Part shown: in pieces, positions 50,973-62,959 of the stretch
Layout: every line of letters begins with the position of its first letter
Numbering within the stretch: position 1 is the stretch's first letter
From: Anthoceros angustus
Lineage: Eukaryota > Plantae > Anthocerotophyta
Direction of reading: 5' to 3'
Length of the DNA: 64,000 nucleotides
NCBI GenBank assembly: GCA_010909165.1
Contig: VJWM01000218.1
Coordinates: 62,001 to 126,000 of the forward strand
Made by a program: the position numbers and the translations under genes
The notes under the pieces: generated by a model
What the model saw: only the letters and a program-made list of their open reading frames with translations
What the model was told of the DNA's origin: nothing
Database searches by the model: none

Positions 50973-51695
50973 CAGATTCTACACAACAAACAACCTCGTG
51001 GCTCACCAATCATGTAAGTGAGTAATCGTTTTGCACACGGCGAAGGATCAAATTGTATAGTACATAGGGAACCACCGTGGGCTTGGTAATAAGGCTGCTG
51101 CTGCTGTAGGTTGTAAGTACTTCCTTGTAGACTGCGTAGACATAGATCTAACCTGATCAGATAAAAAAGACGTTTGTGATGCTTTCTCTTCTTTGACACC
51201 TTTGTTTGAAATAAAGAGGTCGTGGGGATTGGTAGACACGTCAGCTCTTGCCTTAGGGCCAAATTTTGACCTAGTTCTCCACCATCACCTAACGTACGTG
51301 TTTCAAAGATGTCCATGAAGAAGCTGAGAAGCCTGCGGCTGTCCTATCCAGGAGGGATCAGAGCGTTGGTTCAAGATCTTGTTACAGCGCAGTGAATGTA
51401 CTGGCGTTCGTTCGGGATTAGCAGAGCAATAAAACCGAATGAGGATGCAAATGAATCGATCTTGAGGACGGATTTCACTCCATTCAGTCTCAGCCTCAGA
51501 ATCAATCCAGCTGCTCTCTGCGTCTTTCCCTGGTCGATTGCAAATGCCGCCAATGCAAATGCCTTGAAGATGATCCCATTGATGCACGTTACTCCATTCA
51601 GGCTCAGCAGCTGGAGCGCCTCTTAGGTACAATCTCCTTCAGCGTTCCCTATCCTGTCCTTTCACACCGCAAGCAGGAGCAGGAGCAGGAGCAGG

Positions 51696-52829
51696 ATGGA
51701 ATGCAGGCTGCTCTTCTCTCCCGGCGCGACATCGCTCTGCAGCCTGCAGAGCGTGCAGAGCGCGGGTGACCTAACTTGCAAGCTCCAGCCTCGGCTGCAT
51801 CCGCGACTGAGCATCAGCAGGATCAGCATCAACAGGATCAGCTCTAACTTCAGGTCGAGGTCCAGGCTGCTCAGGCAGGCGAGGTGCAGCAGTAGCAGCA
51901 GCGACGCGGCCCCGGCAGGGCCGGCGTTGCAGCAGCATCTGGAAGCATGCTGGCGCTTCGTGCGGCCGCACACCATCCGGGGAACGCTCATCGGGACCAC
52001 AGCGCTGGTGGCCCGCGCGCTGCTGGAGAATCCGCAGCTGGTGGACTGGCGCCTGCTCCCTAAGGCGCTGCGGGGCCTGCTGGCGCTTCTGGCCGGGAAC
52101 GGCTACATCGTGGGGATCAACCAGATCTACGACGTGGGGATCGACCGGGTGAACAAACCCTTCCTGCCGATCGCGGCCGGGGACCTCTCGGTGCCGGCGG
52201 CCTGGGCGATGGTGGTAGGGTTCGCGGCGGTGGGGCTGGGGATTGTGAGCACGCACTTCGGCCCGCTCATCACCGGGCTCTACGCGCTCGGGCTGGGCTT
52301 GGGCGCGATCTACTCCGTCCCGCCGCTGCGGCTCAAGAGGTTCGCGGTGCCGGCCTTTCTCATCATCGCCACGGTGCGTGGTTTCCTGCTCAACTTCGGC
52401 GTCTACTACGCCACCCGCGCGGCCGTCGGGCTGGAATTCGCGTGGAATCCCTCTGTCGTCTTCATCACCATCTTTGTCACCGTCTTCGCCACTGTTATCG
52501 CCATCACCAAGGACCTCCCGGACGTGGAGGGCGACCTTAAGTACAACATCTCCACCTTCGCCACCAAGCTGGGAGTGCGGACCATCTCCTGGCTCGGCGC
52601 GGGGCTGCTGCTGGCCAACTACGTGGGCGCCATCGCTGCAGCCGTAGTCTTGCCGCAAGCCTTCAAGCCCCAAGTGCTGATCCCCAGCCACGCCTTGCTT
52701 GCTGCCGCGCTTGTGTATCAGACCTGGGCCTTGGATGCTGGGAAGTACTCTAGGAAAGCCATCAGCGACTTCTACCGCTTCATCTGGAATCTGTTCTACG
52801 CTGAATATTTGTTGTTGCCTTTCATCTAG
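51696..52829 (+). CDS. HST: Homogentisate solanesyltransferase (UbiA prenyltransferase), intronless
   Basis: [75 protein letters not shown]; transit peptide; single 377-aa ORF. Confidence 0.95.
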   Translation: MECRLLFSPGATSLCSLQSVQSAGDLTCKLQPRLHPRLSISRISINRISSNFRSRSRLLRQARCSSSSSDAAPAGPALQQHLEACWRFVRPHTIRGTLIGTTALVARALLENPQLVDWRLLPKALRGLLALLAGNGYIVGINQIYDVGIDRVNKPFLPIAAGDLSVPAAWAMVVGFAAVGLGIVSTHFGPLITGLYALGLGLGAIYSVPPLRLKRFAVPAFLIIATVRGFLLNFGVYYATRAAVGLEFAWNPSVVFITIFVTVFATVIAITKDLPDVEGDLKYNISTFATKLGVRTISWLGAGLLLANYVGAIAAAVVLPQAFKPQVLIPSHALLAAALVYQTWALDAGKYSRKAISDFYRFIWNLFYAEYLLLPFI

Positions 52830-53194
52830 AAAGAAGCACTTGGAACTGTTTGTCACAACATCAGACTCCAGTTCCTTCACCTGAAACTGGAATCAAGGAG
52901 GCACTGGAAGCTGAGAAACAGATGGAACACAAAGTGTGTCCTCGCACAAGTGAACATTACAAGATTTACATCTAGCAGCTGCAATGACCTAACAGTGACG
53001 AGTCCGGCGCTGAATTCAGGAGGGAAGATTTTATTACGACTCCCGGCTCCTCATTCTTATATTGCAAGGCTACATATCATGTTCAATTGAACAGAATTTC
53101 AAAATCTTGCACCAGAATTAGGAAAGGGAACCTGTAGCTCATGAAAGAAGAAAAATACCATTAAGCAACCTTGCTCCACGGCCAGCCAAGGGAG

Positions 53195-53966
53195 TCACAG
53201 CCTGGGGTTCTCTCTGGGATAAGTGACGTATTCCTTGTCGTTAGGGGTTCTGATCGTCTGTCCCGCAGCATCAACTAGGGCAGAGATGGTTGCGAAAGCT
53301 GCTGCCGCTCCTAGCCCCAGTGGAAAGTTCCTGGCTGTCATACAAGAAGGTAGTGATGTCATGAGATTATTCAGCCATTGAAGTTGCTTACACCAGCAGC
53401 AGAAGAAAATGCAAAAATGACATTCCTCCTCAATGTCCAGCCATTCTTGCGTACAGACTATCCAGATCTCACAGGCAAGATTAATTCAGACATCAGCAAG
53501 GGCGCAATCTGCACAGAATGCAAACCCTCGCCCTAACACCTGATTCCAGCCGGGACGTGCATCCTCCAAATTTCTGCAATGCGATGGATTTGCAGACCCC
53601 GGAGGATGACATGCCTTGCCGTGCAGTGCACTTACCCCTGATTCCGATCACTGGCCCAGCAGCTAGGCCCCCGATGGCGCCATTCACAAAATCCTTCTTT
53701 CCTCGAAGGCTCTCGGCAACTGCTTCCGTGAAGGCGTAGATGCCTCCGATAGCAGCAAAGGTGATGCCGTAGCTCCCGCAGGTGCGCAGCGTGCTCCTGA
53801 GGGCAGTCCAGCCTTCCTTCCGCTCCACAGTGGGGCCGTACTTCCAGGTAGCTACAGCTCCTCCCAGCCAGCTCCCGATCACGAAGCCTGAACCTGCTGC
53901 GCTCGCTGTCCTGAAGGCAACGGTGTCGTATTCCCCCAGATCCCTCTCCTTCGTGCCTCCCTGCAT
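53195..53966 (-). CDS. OEP16-3: Tim17/22/23-family protein OEP16-3 / complex I subunit B14.7 (NDUFA11-like), 2 exons (53966-53636, 53334-53195)
   Basis: ATWK..LRSTLRTCGSYGITFAAIGGIY..ESLRGKKDFVNGAIGGLAAG|..AAAAFATISALVDAAGQTIRTPNDKEY. Confidence 0.85.
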
Positions 53967-54715
53967 GCTGCTCCTCTCTTCCGGCAATGCCGCTGCTCTC
54001 AAGCCCTAGCCTCAATTCTTTCCTTCCAGAAGATTCCTTTGCATGCACGAACACAACAGGACGGATCGCCTCGTCCCTGCCTCCGATCGTCTCCTCCTCC
54101 TCCAGCCTTCGTGCCGAGGCCAATTGCGGTGTCTTAGCGCGGCCTTAAGTCGTAACGTTAACAATGAGTTCGCACGGGGCTGTTAGTTAAGACATGGACT
54201 GTTATGTTATGCATTCCCGGGTGCAGCTTTTACGAGTGTGAGGACACAGACCACCGGTTTGCAGGAGCTCTATCTGGAATCGCACCTGACGAGCTTTGAG
54301 GAAATCTGGGAAGCAGGATGGATTCTGGTGGCTGACAAGCCTGTTGAGAAGGCGTTCTGTGATGACAGTGCGGAGGTGGATTGTGGGTCATGGGTTCTGG
54401 ACGTCTGCAGAGGAACGGAAGGCGGTGGTGGTTGGAGGTGCTTTGCATTTCTGAGGAAAGCTTCGATCAAAGTGTAGGAGGTGGAGAACAGTGGGATTCT
54501 GGGGCTTTCTTGAGTGAGGGAAGGATCCGAGCAGGCTGGAGTTCCTGGGGAGCGAGTTTGGAGGATATAGGAGGATGCAGCAGAAGGTGATGGAGAATTG
54601 GTGGTGTTAGGTGCGCTGTTGGAATGCAGCCTACTGCAATTGAATAATCGAAGCAACGTCTGCATTGTCGGAATGCCTGCTAGAATTATCTAACGGCAGC
54701 GTCTGCATTGTCGGA

Positions 54716-57700
54716 ATGCCTGCAATGGAGTGTGCCCGGTCTGCCTCTTCCGTTGTGAGCGTGTCCCATGACTTTAGCTGGGCATGTGGGCATGAGTGTC
54801 AAACGGTGCATTTGCGGTGTCTTGGTCTCAGGGGCTTAGTAGGCCAGAGGGCACAATGTGGGGGGTGTTGTGCATACGGAAGACGGAGGGGAGCGAGTTC
54901 AAGTGCCCCGGTGGGTTCAGGAGGAGGAAGGATGGTGGCAACCCGGGTGCTTCCCAGGATAGTGGAGGCTGAGGATGTCCAGACGTTGAGTTTGTCTACA
55001 ATGAGCAGGAACAAGTTGTTTATGCAGACGTTGGAGGTGGAAGGCAAACAGAGGAGGGAAGAGGTGCATGAGGAGTGTATGGAGCCTGTGGGAAGGTTTG
55101 AGGATGGGGAAGGGCAGTTTCTGCAATTGTTCACGGATGATGGTGATGGTGGAGATCGAGATAAATCCACCTGCGATGCAGAAGTTGGGTCAGGTTGTAG
55201 GTCGAGGGAGGAGCTTAGTGCATTGGTTCAGTCCCTTCGAGCTACACGCATGGCGGCAGCAGATATAGAGGATATTATTAAGAGGTCCGGGTTGAAACTG
55301 ACAAACTCGGACTTGAACAAGGTTTTGGCTGCTTTGGAAGAGGATAGGAAGGCTCTTCATTTTTTTGGCTGGATGAGGCAGACAGGGAGGGCCAAGTCCA
55401 ATTCCCACGCCTACAGTATTGTGCTCAAGATACTGGCACAAGAGAGAGATTGGGAAACCGTGCGTACTTATTTAGATGAGATGCACAGACAGAGCATGGG
55501 TTCGAAAGCTGAGTTGTATGCTTACAATACGCTGATTCTTGCTGCCGGGAGTTCAGGTTCTTCAGAACAGGCTACTAAATGGTTTAGCAGAATGTTGAGC
55601 AATGGTATTTCACCCAATGAGGTGACGTATGGTATGCTCATGATCATCTATCAGAAGGCTAACAGGCTGGCCGAGGCAGAGAGAGTCTTTGCTCACATGC
55701 AGGCCTGCGGTCCTGAGCCCTGTAATGCTTACTCTTCGATGATTGTGTTGTATATGAGAGCGGGGCTTCCTGACAAAGCTGAGCAGCTTGTGAGCCAAAT
55801 GGCAATCCGGAACGTGATGCCAGATAGAGAGAATCTCATCGTTCAACTGAATGTGTTTTCACGGCAAGGGAAGGTTCTGGAGTGTGAGAGAGTTATGGAG
55901 AAGTTGAAGGAGTCAGGCAGCTTACCTCTTGTTGTGTACAATACCATGATTATGGCTTATGGCAGGGCTAAAATGTTCCCCAAGGTGATACTTGTGTTCA
56001 GACAGGTCCAGGAGTCAGGGCTGAAAGGGGATGAGGTGACCTACAACTCCTTGGTAGGTGCCTGTGGAAAGGCTAACAAGCTGAAGGAAGCTGTGCACTT
56101 TTATGAGGAAATGAAGGTTGCAGGACTTGAGCCAAGTCGGGCTACTTTTGGCACGCTTGTACGCTTGTATGGACAGGCAAACAATCTAGGTGCTGTGTCA
56201 AGGATGTTGATAGAGATGACAGATATGGGAGTCAATCCAGATGCCAGAATTCTCGAAAGAGTTGTCAAGGCACATGATGCTTGTCACAAGCTTAACAGGG
56301 TTCCTCAATTATTCTCTGCAATGTCAGAAGCTGGGTGGTTGCCTGATGTTGAGTGCTCCTCTGTAATTTTAAGTATGTATTTGAAGCTAAAGATGCCAGT
56401 AAAAGCTCTGGAGCAGTTCCAAATTCTGAGGCAGGCCAAAGTGCTCCCCCGACCCAGTTTATGCCACAACCTGCTTCTGGGTCTTCGCAATGCCCGCCGT
56501 TATGAGGATGCTGCACAATTGTTCTTGCAACTGCAGGCTGAAGGCATTCCGGCGGGTCTGGACATGTGGTGCACCATGATAGATGTGTACGGGTGGATGG
56601 GCACGGTCACAAAGGCAGAGGAGCTCTTCAATCAACTGAGGGCGTCGACAAAGAAGCTAGATTCGGTGGCTTACAATGTGATGCTTAATGTGTACATGAG
56701 AGCTGGAATTCACGAGTCAGCATTACGAACCTTAAAGCTGATGCAGGAAGAGGGTGGGTTTGTACCGGATGCGTACACATTCCATGCCATGATACGAGTG
56801 TACCAGAAAAACGGACTGCAGCAGGCAAGTGATCTCAATGCGTAAGCCCGTCTTTTCTGGGTTGCTTGCTTTTCCATCATGCCGTTTCTCCAAGCCATGA
56901 GTCTCTAGAGACTGAGTAGAGTTATCTTGTCATGCAGGAAGCAGCAGAAATGTACTGGGCAATGGTGAAAGCTGGCATCAAGCTGGATGCTGCTATGTCA
57001 AATTGCGTCATCAACTGCTGTGGGCGAGCATTGCCTTTGGAGGAAACTGCTAATGTCTTCAACAATATGTTGGATTCTGGATTTGCACCCAATGCTATCA
57101 CATACAACGTCATGATAGACTTGTATGGTAAGCAAGGATATCTCCAGAGGGCAAGCAAAGTTCTAAAGCTGGCTCAGGATCAGGGAGTTGCAGATAGAAT
57201 ATCGTTCAGTACTCTCGTGAATGCATATGGCAAGGTGAAGAACTTCGCCAAGATGGAAGAAACTTTGTGGGAAATGCAAAGGGCAGGCTTTTCACCTGGT
57301 CTGGACACTTACAACTCCATGGCTGATGCGTATGGAAAGGCAGGGCAGTTCAGCAACATGGAGGATGCACTTGAACGCATGGAGCGAGCAGGGTGTGAGA
57401 AAGATCTGTCCACCTACAACATCTTGCTCAATGTCTATGGCAGGCAGAGAATGATGGAAGAGTTCCGGGCGGTGTTAGACAAGATGCGGAGCGAAGGTTT
57501 GGAGCCTGATAAATACACGTACAATACCCTGATCAAGTCATATGGAAACGCTGGTCAACCAGATGAAGCGGTGAAGCTACTCCGTGAGATGAACGATGCC
57601 GGTTTTTTACCAGACCACGTGACGTATACAAACCTGATCTCAGCTTTTGAGAGGAGTGGAAACCTTTTGGAGGCTGCAAGGTGGTCCTTGTGGATGAAAC

Positions 57701-57720
57701 AGGCTGGGTATAAGAAGTAG
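54716..57720 (+). CDS. P-class pentatricopeptide repeat protein, At4g30825/BFA2-like, two exons
   Basis: Many 35-aa PPR motifs, NCVINCCGRALP, C-terminal EAARWSLWMKQ signature. In-frame join through GC-AG intron 56825-56937. Confidence 0.88.
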
Positions 57721-58703
57721 CAGCGACATTACCGTTTCACCAGGAGCTACCTCTTATCGGTGTAAAACCATCCTATCCTTGTTCCTCCTACCCTTCTAAG
57801 AAAGTATGTGCTGTGACCCTCCCAGCCATCTCCCTGTTGGATCGGCTCCTCTATACACTTCCACCTACATGTCAAAGTTGGTGAGAGCAGTCGGCTACGA
57901 GACGCAGAATTACAGCTGCGATCGCAGCCTGAGTCTTCCCTTCCTAGCCATGTGTACAACCATGACATCGGCTTGGCTTTGGAAAGCTCCGTTATCATCG
58001 ACCTTTGGACAGCTGGAAAGCATGAGATTGTGGTGCTGACGAACGGCGTGACACCAAATTTGTAGGGATACTCGAGCATGGCTTTTTGCCAGCTCCCTAC
58101 TTATACCAATGCCTCTCATCTGGGATTGACGTCTTTTGATCTTGCAACGATAAAGCAAAGCAAGTGGTGATCCACCGGAGTGCAGGCAGCTACTGAAACG
58201 AGATGGCTCAAAAGAACAAAGATGAGAACACAAAAGAACAAGACAATCTGGGGTGAGGGTGAAGAATCAGAAAGGAGATTTCTCAAAACCGAATCACTTG
58301 GCACTTACATGTGGACATACACCCCTCTCAACCCCTTGCGGTGGAAAGAGCTGGAGGTGATAACATCCTGAGCTCTTATCACCTTGTTCAAAGGCTTGAA
58401 TAATTAACAGTTTTTAACTCTACAAATAAGATGTAATTTAATTGTACACAAAGTAAGGTGAGAGATCGTCAATCCGAATTCGACAGAGGCACTGGCGATT
58501 GACTTGGTGGAGGGTCTGCCTAGCATTGGCTTACGTCAAAGTCTTCAGACTTACTATTTCATGGGAACTTGGGAGGAGATGCTGCCAAATGCTGGCCTAC
58601 GCCAAGTGGTGAGTCTACTCATCACCTTGGATTCCAGGCTTGACGTCGTGGAAACGGACCAAACTTCTGCAAATCTGCTCCAAATCAGGTATCTCCTGGT
58701 CTT

Positions 58704-59507
58704 TCAGTCGACTAATTCTTCTTCCCCTTCTACACAATCCGTGTCACCCTCATAACCTGAGTCACTTTTGTTGGCATTGTCATAGCTGCCACTTTCATCC
58801 ATACTGTTCCCAGAATATTGCTCGTCTTCATTCTTGTCTTCTCCCTCGGCGTCATTCGAGTCATGCTCACTGTCAGCCACACTGTGGCTCAGAGCAATGT
58901 GGAGAGCCTGGAAATAATCTTTTAGAGTAGACTTCGCAACGATATCTGAAGCCGAGTCTGGCAACAATTCGGGAACCTGAAACTTTCCCGTGGAACTCCG
59001 TTGACCATACTCAATCGACAGAATACTTCTCAAGCAAGCTTCAAAATCCCGCTCAAAAAACGCTGAGCGATATCTCTCGCCAGAGAACTTCCACAGGCCG
59101 GGGGGGCCGTGTCGGTCTGGAACTCTCGCCGTGCTCTCGAGATCTAGGGTTTTCCCTCGCTTGGATGCCCGAAGCCCCTCAAACCTTATCCCCAGGTTGC
59201 GAAAAAAATCTCCCAGAGTAGGTGGCTCTGCCGTCGGGGCACCTGAATATGGATCCAGATCTCGGCGGCCAGGAAACCGAGCATCCAAAACCGCGGCGAG
59301 GAAGTGGTCGAATCTGCCACCCTGCAAGGCGTCCGACATCGCTTCCAGATCCTCGTCCTGTGGTTGAGGAGCCCGCTGCCTGCGGAACATGGCTGCCAGA
59401 TGTACGTAGTCCTTCGCCCTGTCTGAGGGTGTCACTGAAATCTTACCCCCACTCCCCTTGCGCTGGGGCTGGGGGCTTCCTGGTGAATGATAAATTGAAT
59501 GAGCCAT
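58704..59507 (-). CDS. Hypothetical protein with acidic C-terminus, no recognised family
   Basis: ~270-codon open frame with protein-like composition; related sequence at 60300-61150. Confidence 0.4.
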   Translation of the reverse strand: MAHSIYHSPGSPQPQRKGSGGKISVTPSDRAKDYVHLAAMFRRQRAPQPQDEDLEAMSDALQGGRFDHFLAAVLDARFPGRRDLDPYSGAPTAEPPTLGDFFRNLGIRFEGLRASKRGKTLDLESTARVPDRHGPPGLWKFSGERYRSAFFERDFEACLRSILSIEYGQRSSTGKFQVPELLPDSASDIVAKSTLKDYFQALHIALSHSVADSEHDSNDAEGEDKNEDEQYSGNSMDESGSYDNANKSDSGYEGDTDCVEGEEELVD

Positions 59508-59934
59508 ACTCCTGGATGAATTCACAAGTGCACCACCAATGTCTCAGCTCTGCAAGATTGCGCTCACGTTTACAGATGTGTGCGATATCGGCTCTGGGAT
59601 AACCTGGAGCAGGTGGATCTATGACCCTGTTGCTCAAAGTTTGCATCAAAGTTTGCACCGAAGTTTGAATCACGCTTATGGCTGTTGGCATATATCCCAA
59701 CTGCTGTGTGTTGTGTGGGGTCCTGGACATCTCAGCTGTCGACTGGTCGGATTCAACAGCAGGGACCAGGGACAGTTCAAATTCTGACAGACATCTAGCC
59801 TAACACACCCTAAACCCTAAACCTGAGGAGGACGCTGATTTTACCAGCCCAAAATCCCCGTTATAAAACCTGCAAAGAAGGCCTACACAAGAGGACAAAG
59901 GCTTCCGGGTGATGCAGATTGGCTCTTGGGATGC

Positions 59935-60238
59935 TTGTGGGCGAGCATTTCCCTTTAGAAATGGCTAATATGTTCAAACAATATGTTGGGTTCTGGATTT
60001 GCACCCAGTGCTATCACATATAGCACGTATGGATAGCTCCAGAAGGCAAGTAAAGTTCGAAAGCTGGCTCAGGATCAGGGAGTTGCAGATAAGAATATCG
60101 TCCAGTACGCTCGTGAATGCATATGGCAAGGTGAAGAACGTTGCCAAGATGGAAGACTTAGTGGGAAATGCGTGGAAGACGTAGTGGGAATTGCCAACGG
60201 CAGGCCGTTCAGCTGATCTGGACACTTTACAACACCAT
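59935..60238 (+). pseudogene. Degenerate duplicate of PPR exon 2 segment
   Basis: Matches 57017-57322 (tgtgggcgagcatt.., ISSSTLVNAYGKVKNVAKME) with deletions and frameshifts. Confidence 0.85.
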
Positions 60239-60526
60239 GCAAGCAAGCCTGCTGTAGGTGGCCATGGGCAAATCTTTCACACACCCTAGGCCTGGATCGG
60301 AGGAGGCACTCGCAATGAATTTGGTGTACGTAGAGTCTGCCAAATCATGTCTGTTTACTGACGTCATCCCACCTTGGATCCCAGCCTGAAGCGGTGGGAT
60401 TAGTAAATAGCCACGGTAGAGATCCAATGGAATCAAACGTTCATCCTGCTCGGAGAAGCCCACGAATTCAAAGATGTCTGCTGATGGGTCACGTAACGTT
60501 GTGTCCTTGCATCACGTGGTGACTCA

Positions 60527-61036
60527 TTAGCCCTCATCACCACCCTCATCACCACCCTCATAACCCGCCTCGCGATCGTTTGGGTCAGCAGGGTCATAGC
60601 CATCAGGGTCATGCCTGTCCTGAAGTCCTCTTTGCCCAGAGCTAATCGGGTCCATGTTCTTGTGCGCCGCATCGTCGCCTCCTCCCATCTCCACTCCAAT
60701 GTGGAGAGTCTTGGTGAAATAATCTGCAAGATCACTAGCTGTCGGCAACGACTTCTCATTGATGCGGAGTGTCTTGGCGAAATAATCTGCAAGATCACAA
60801 GCTGTCGACAACCACTTCTCTCCGCTTTCCTCAGAATTAATGGGGTCCGTGCTCGTGTGTTTTACATCCTCTTCTTCTGTCTTCCCCACATCAGGGTGGG
60901 CACCCTTGGAATAATATCCAAGATCGCTAGACTCGTCGACCTTGTGCTTCCGAACTGCTCTCCGCCTGGACGCCTTGTTGTTCTTCCAGCAATTAAGCCG
61001 TTTAGATGTCCGCCTCGGCTTGGGAGTAGGCGGCAT
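60527..61036 (-). CDS. Hypothetical protein (basic N-terminus, internal 21-aa duplication, acidic end), probable paralog or relic of 58704-59507
   Basis: 169-aa ORF, (L.TA.DLADYF.KTL.I)x2, GYEG motif, flanks similar to the other ORF. Confidence 0.3.
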   Translation of the reverse strand: MPPTPKPRRTSKRLNCWKNNKASRRRAVRKHKVDESSDLGYYSKGAHPDVGKTEEEDVKHTSTDPINSEESGEKWLSTACDLADYFAKTLRINEKSLPTASDLADYFTKTLHIGVEMGGGDDAAHKNMDPISSGQRGLQDRHDPDGYDPADPNDREAGYEGGDEGGDEG

Positions 61037-61163
61037 TGTTGCGGAACTTCAATGAATCATACTCCGGGTTCGATTCATGAGTGCACCATTCACCGTCTGC
61101 AAGATTTCGCACACAGTTTACACCCCTGTATGTGTTGTGGAGTCCTAGACATCTCATATAATC

Positions 61164-61343
61164 TTACACTGATGTAGTTCAAAGGGGTTGATTCCACGCA
61201 CTTATCTTCCCCTACGTCTTAGAAACCGGGTCCCTGGATGGCGGCAAGTAGCATTACACTGATGTAGTTCAAAGGGGTTGATTCCAAGCACTTATCTTCC
61301 CCTACGTCTTAGAAACCGGGTCCCTGGATGGCGGCAAGTAGCA
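61164..61343. repeat. 90-bp direct tandem duplication
   Basis: ttacactgatgtagttc...ggcaagtagca twice. Confidence 0.9.
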
Positions 61344-62959
61344 ATATGAAGGAGATCTACGAAAGGGTTTGAGCCCGAAACACCATGTTCCCGAATGAGA
61401 TTTACGAAAGGGTTTGAACAGAGACACCAAGTTCCCGATGCAGGTGCCTAGGCAAAAGACCGGGAGCACTTTGAATTTGAAATAATACATCCTGCTGATT
61501 ATAGTCTAACTAGAACAGTGATGACATATATAGTCTTTGGCCCAATATAATCTCAATAAGATAATTATATATTTATATTTACTTATAGGTAATGTTCTAC
61601 AAGCAAATAAAGTAGAAGAGATCTAAATCTCTAATAATATAAGAATTGATTTTGAAATCAAATCTATGGAATACCGATCTGGTCATACGGCATTCACATT
61701 TTTTTAGGGTTGTGGATAGAAAGAAATAGTCCCACCGCATACGGCCGAACTATTTCGGTATGTCACGCATGACCACATCCGTCGGGGCTACGGCCCCCTG
61801 GTGTCCCGATGTCGTCAACCTACCCCATGATGCACGAAAAGATTTCACGATACACAGAAACTTTTCTTTTCTCGGGTTTAGGGTTGCGTTTAGGTCATTT
61901 GCTTTGCTGCGCCATTGTGGCATGCAATATTCCATCTCTGGTCACGCGGCATCCACATTTCTTTAGGGTTGTCAGCAACCGCTGGCCTCACATGTTCCAT
62001 CTCCTAAGAGATGTAGGGTCACTCTAAGTGGGCACAAATGCAGCATGAGGAGCGAGAATTGTTGGATGCGGGCCGGTGCCATGATAGCAATGGATGCAGT
62101 TCAAATAACTATTATCTTACGGTCTCAAGTGTCCCATACATCCAAGCGCAAGCATAACGAAGCATCTTAGTAGTCAACCACCTTTGAAACGTAGGGTGCA
62201 CCTGACCTCTCCTTACGCATACGGTGAAAGCAACACGTCTAAGCGGAGGATTTGCATTCGGTTTCTCGGCCAACGTGGGCCATGCCACGAACAAAATTTG
62301 TGTATGTGTGTCTTGGGAGGATTTGCATTACATTTCTCGACCAAGCGTGGGCCATGCCACGAACAAAATTTGTGTATGTGTGTCTTGCCCGCCTGTTTAA
62401 CATGTATGTGTGGTGATCGGATCGAAACCCTAAACAAGAAAACATGTGCATGACACAATCGGAATACCAGGCCTATGATCGTGTCATACAAAGTTTTTGC
62501 CCCGCATACGAACGTACATGAGCTGATGTCACACGTATTATACATGTATTGTACGTAAATATCTGAAAGATGCCGTGGCATATTTCCATAGCGTACACCC
62601 AAAAAAAAGAAAGTCACACACATGCTCCCGTGTGACCAGATCGGTATTCCATACAAATCCCACAACCCTTGCATTTTTTTTAATTCTTATAATCAACATA
62701 CGTTAATTTCTTTTAAATTTTTATAAGTATGAAAACTGATTTGGCCCTGTAATCTTTGCTCTCTCTATAATTCTTACAGCGACCATATATTCTATCACCT
62801 GCTACTTCCTATGAATTATAAAAAATAGTATTATCACCTGCAATATGTTTAAATAAAATAGTTTTCACCTGCAATATGTTTTTAACAAATAAATTTATAT
62901 GATAATCATAAAAACATTTTTATAATTTTAATTCACCCACAAATATATAGTAAAATGCT

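Noticed and set aside
51303-51632. Short ORFs or possible snoRNA between the RING gene and HST
   Set aside because: No convincing C/D or H/ACA box pair and no protein similarity recognised
51771-52880. 369-aa antisense ORF over HST
   Set aside because: Expected by-product of very high GC3 on the sense strand
59805-59825. ccctaaaccctaaacc telomere-like repeat
   Set aside because: Only about two units; at most a telo-box, not an interstitial telomere
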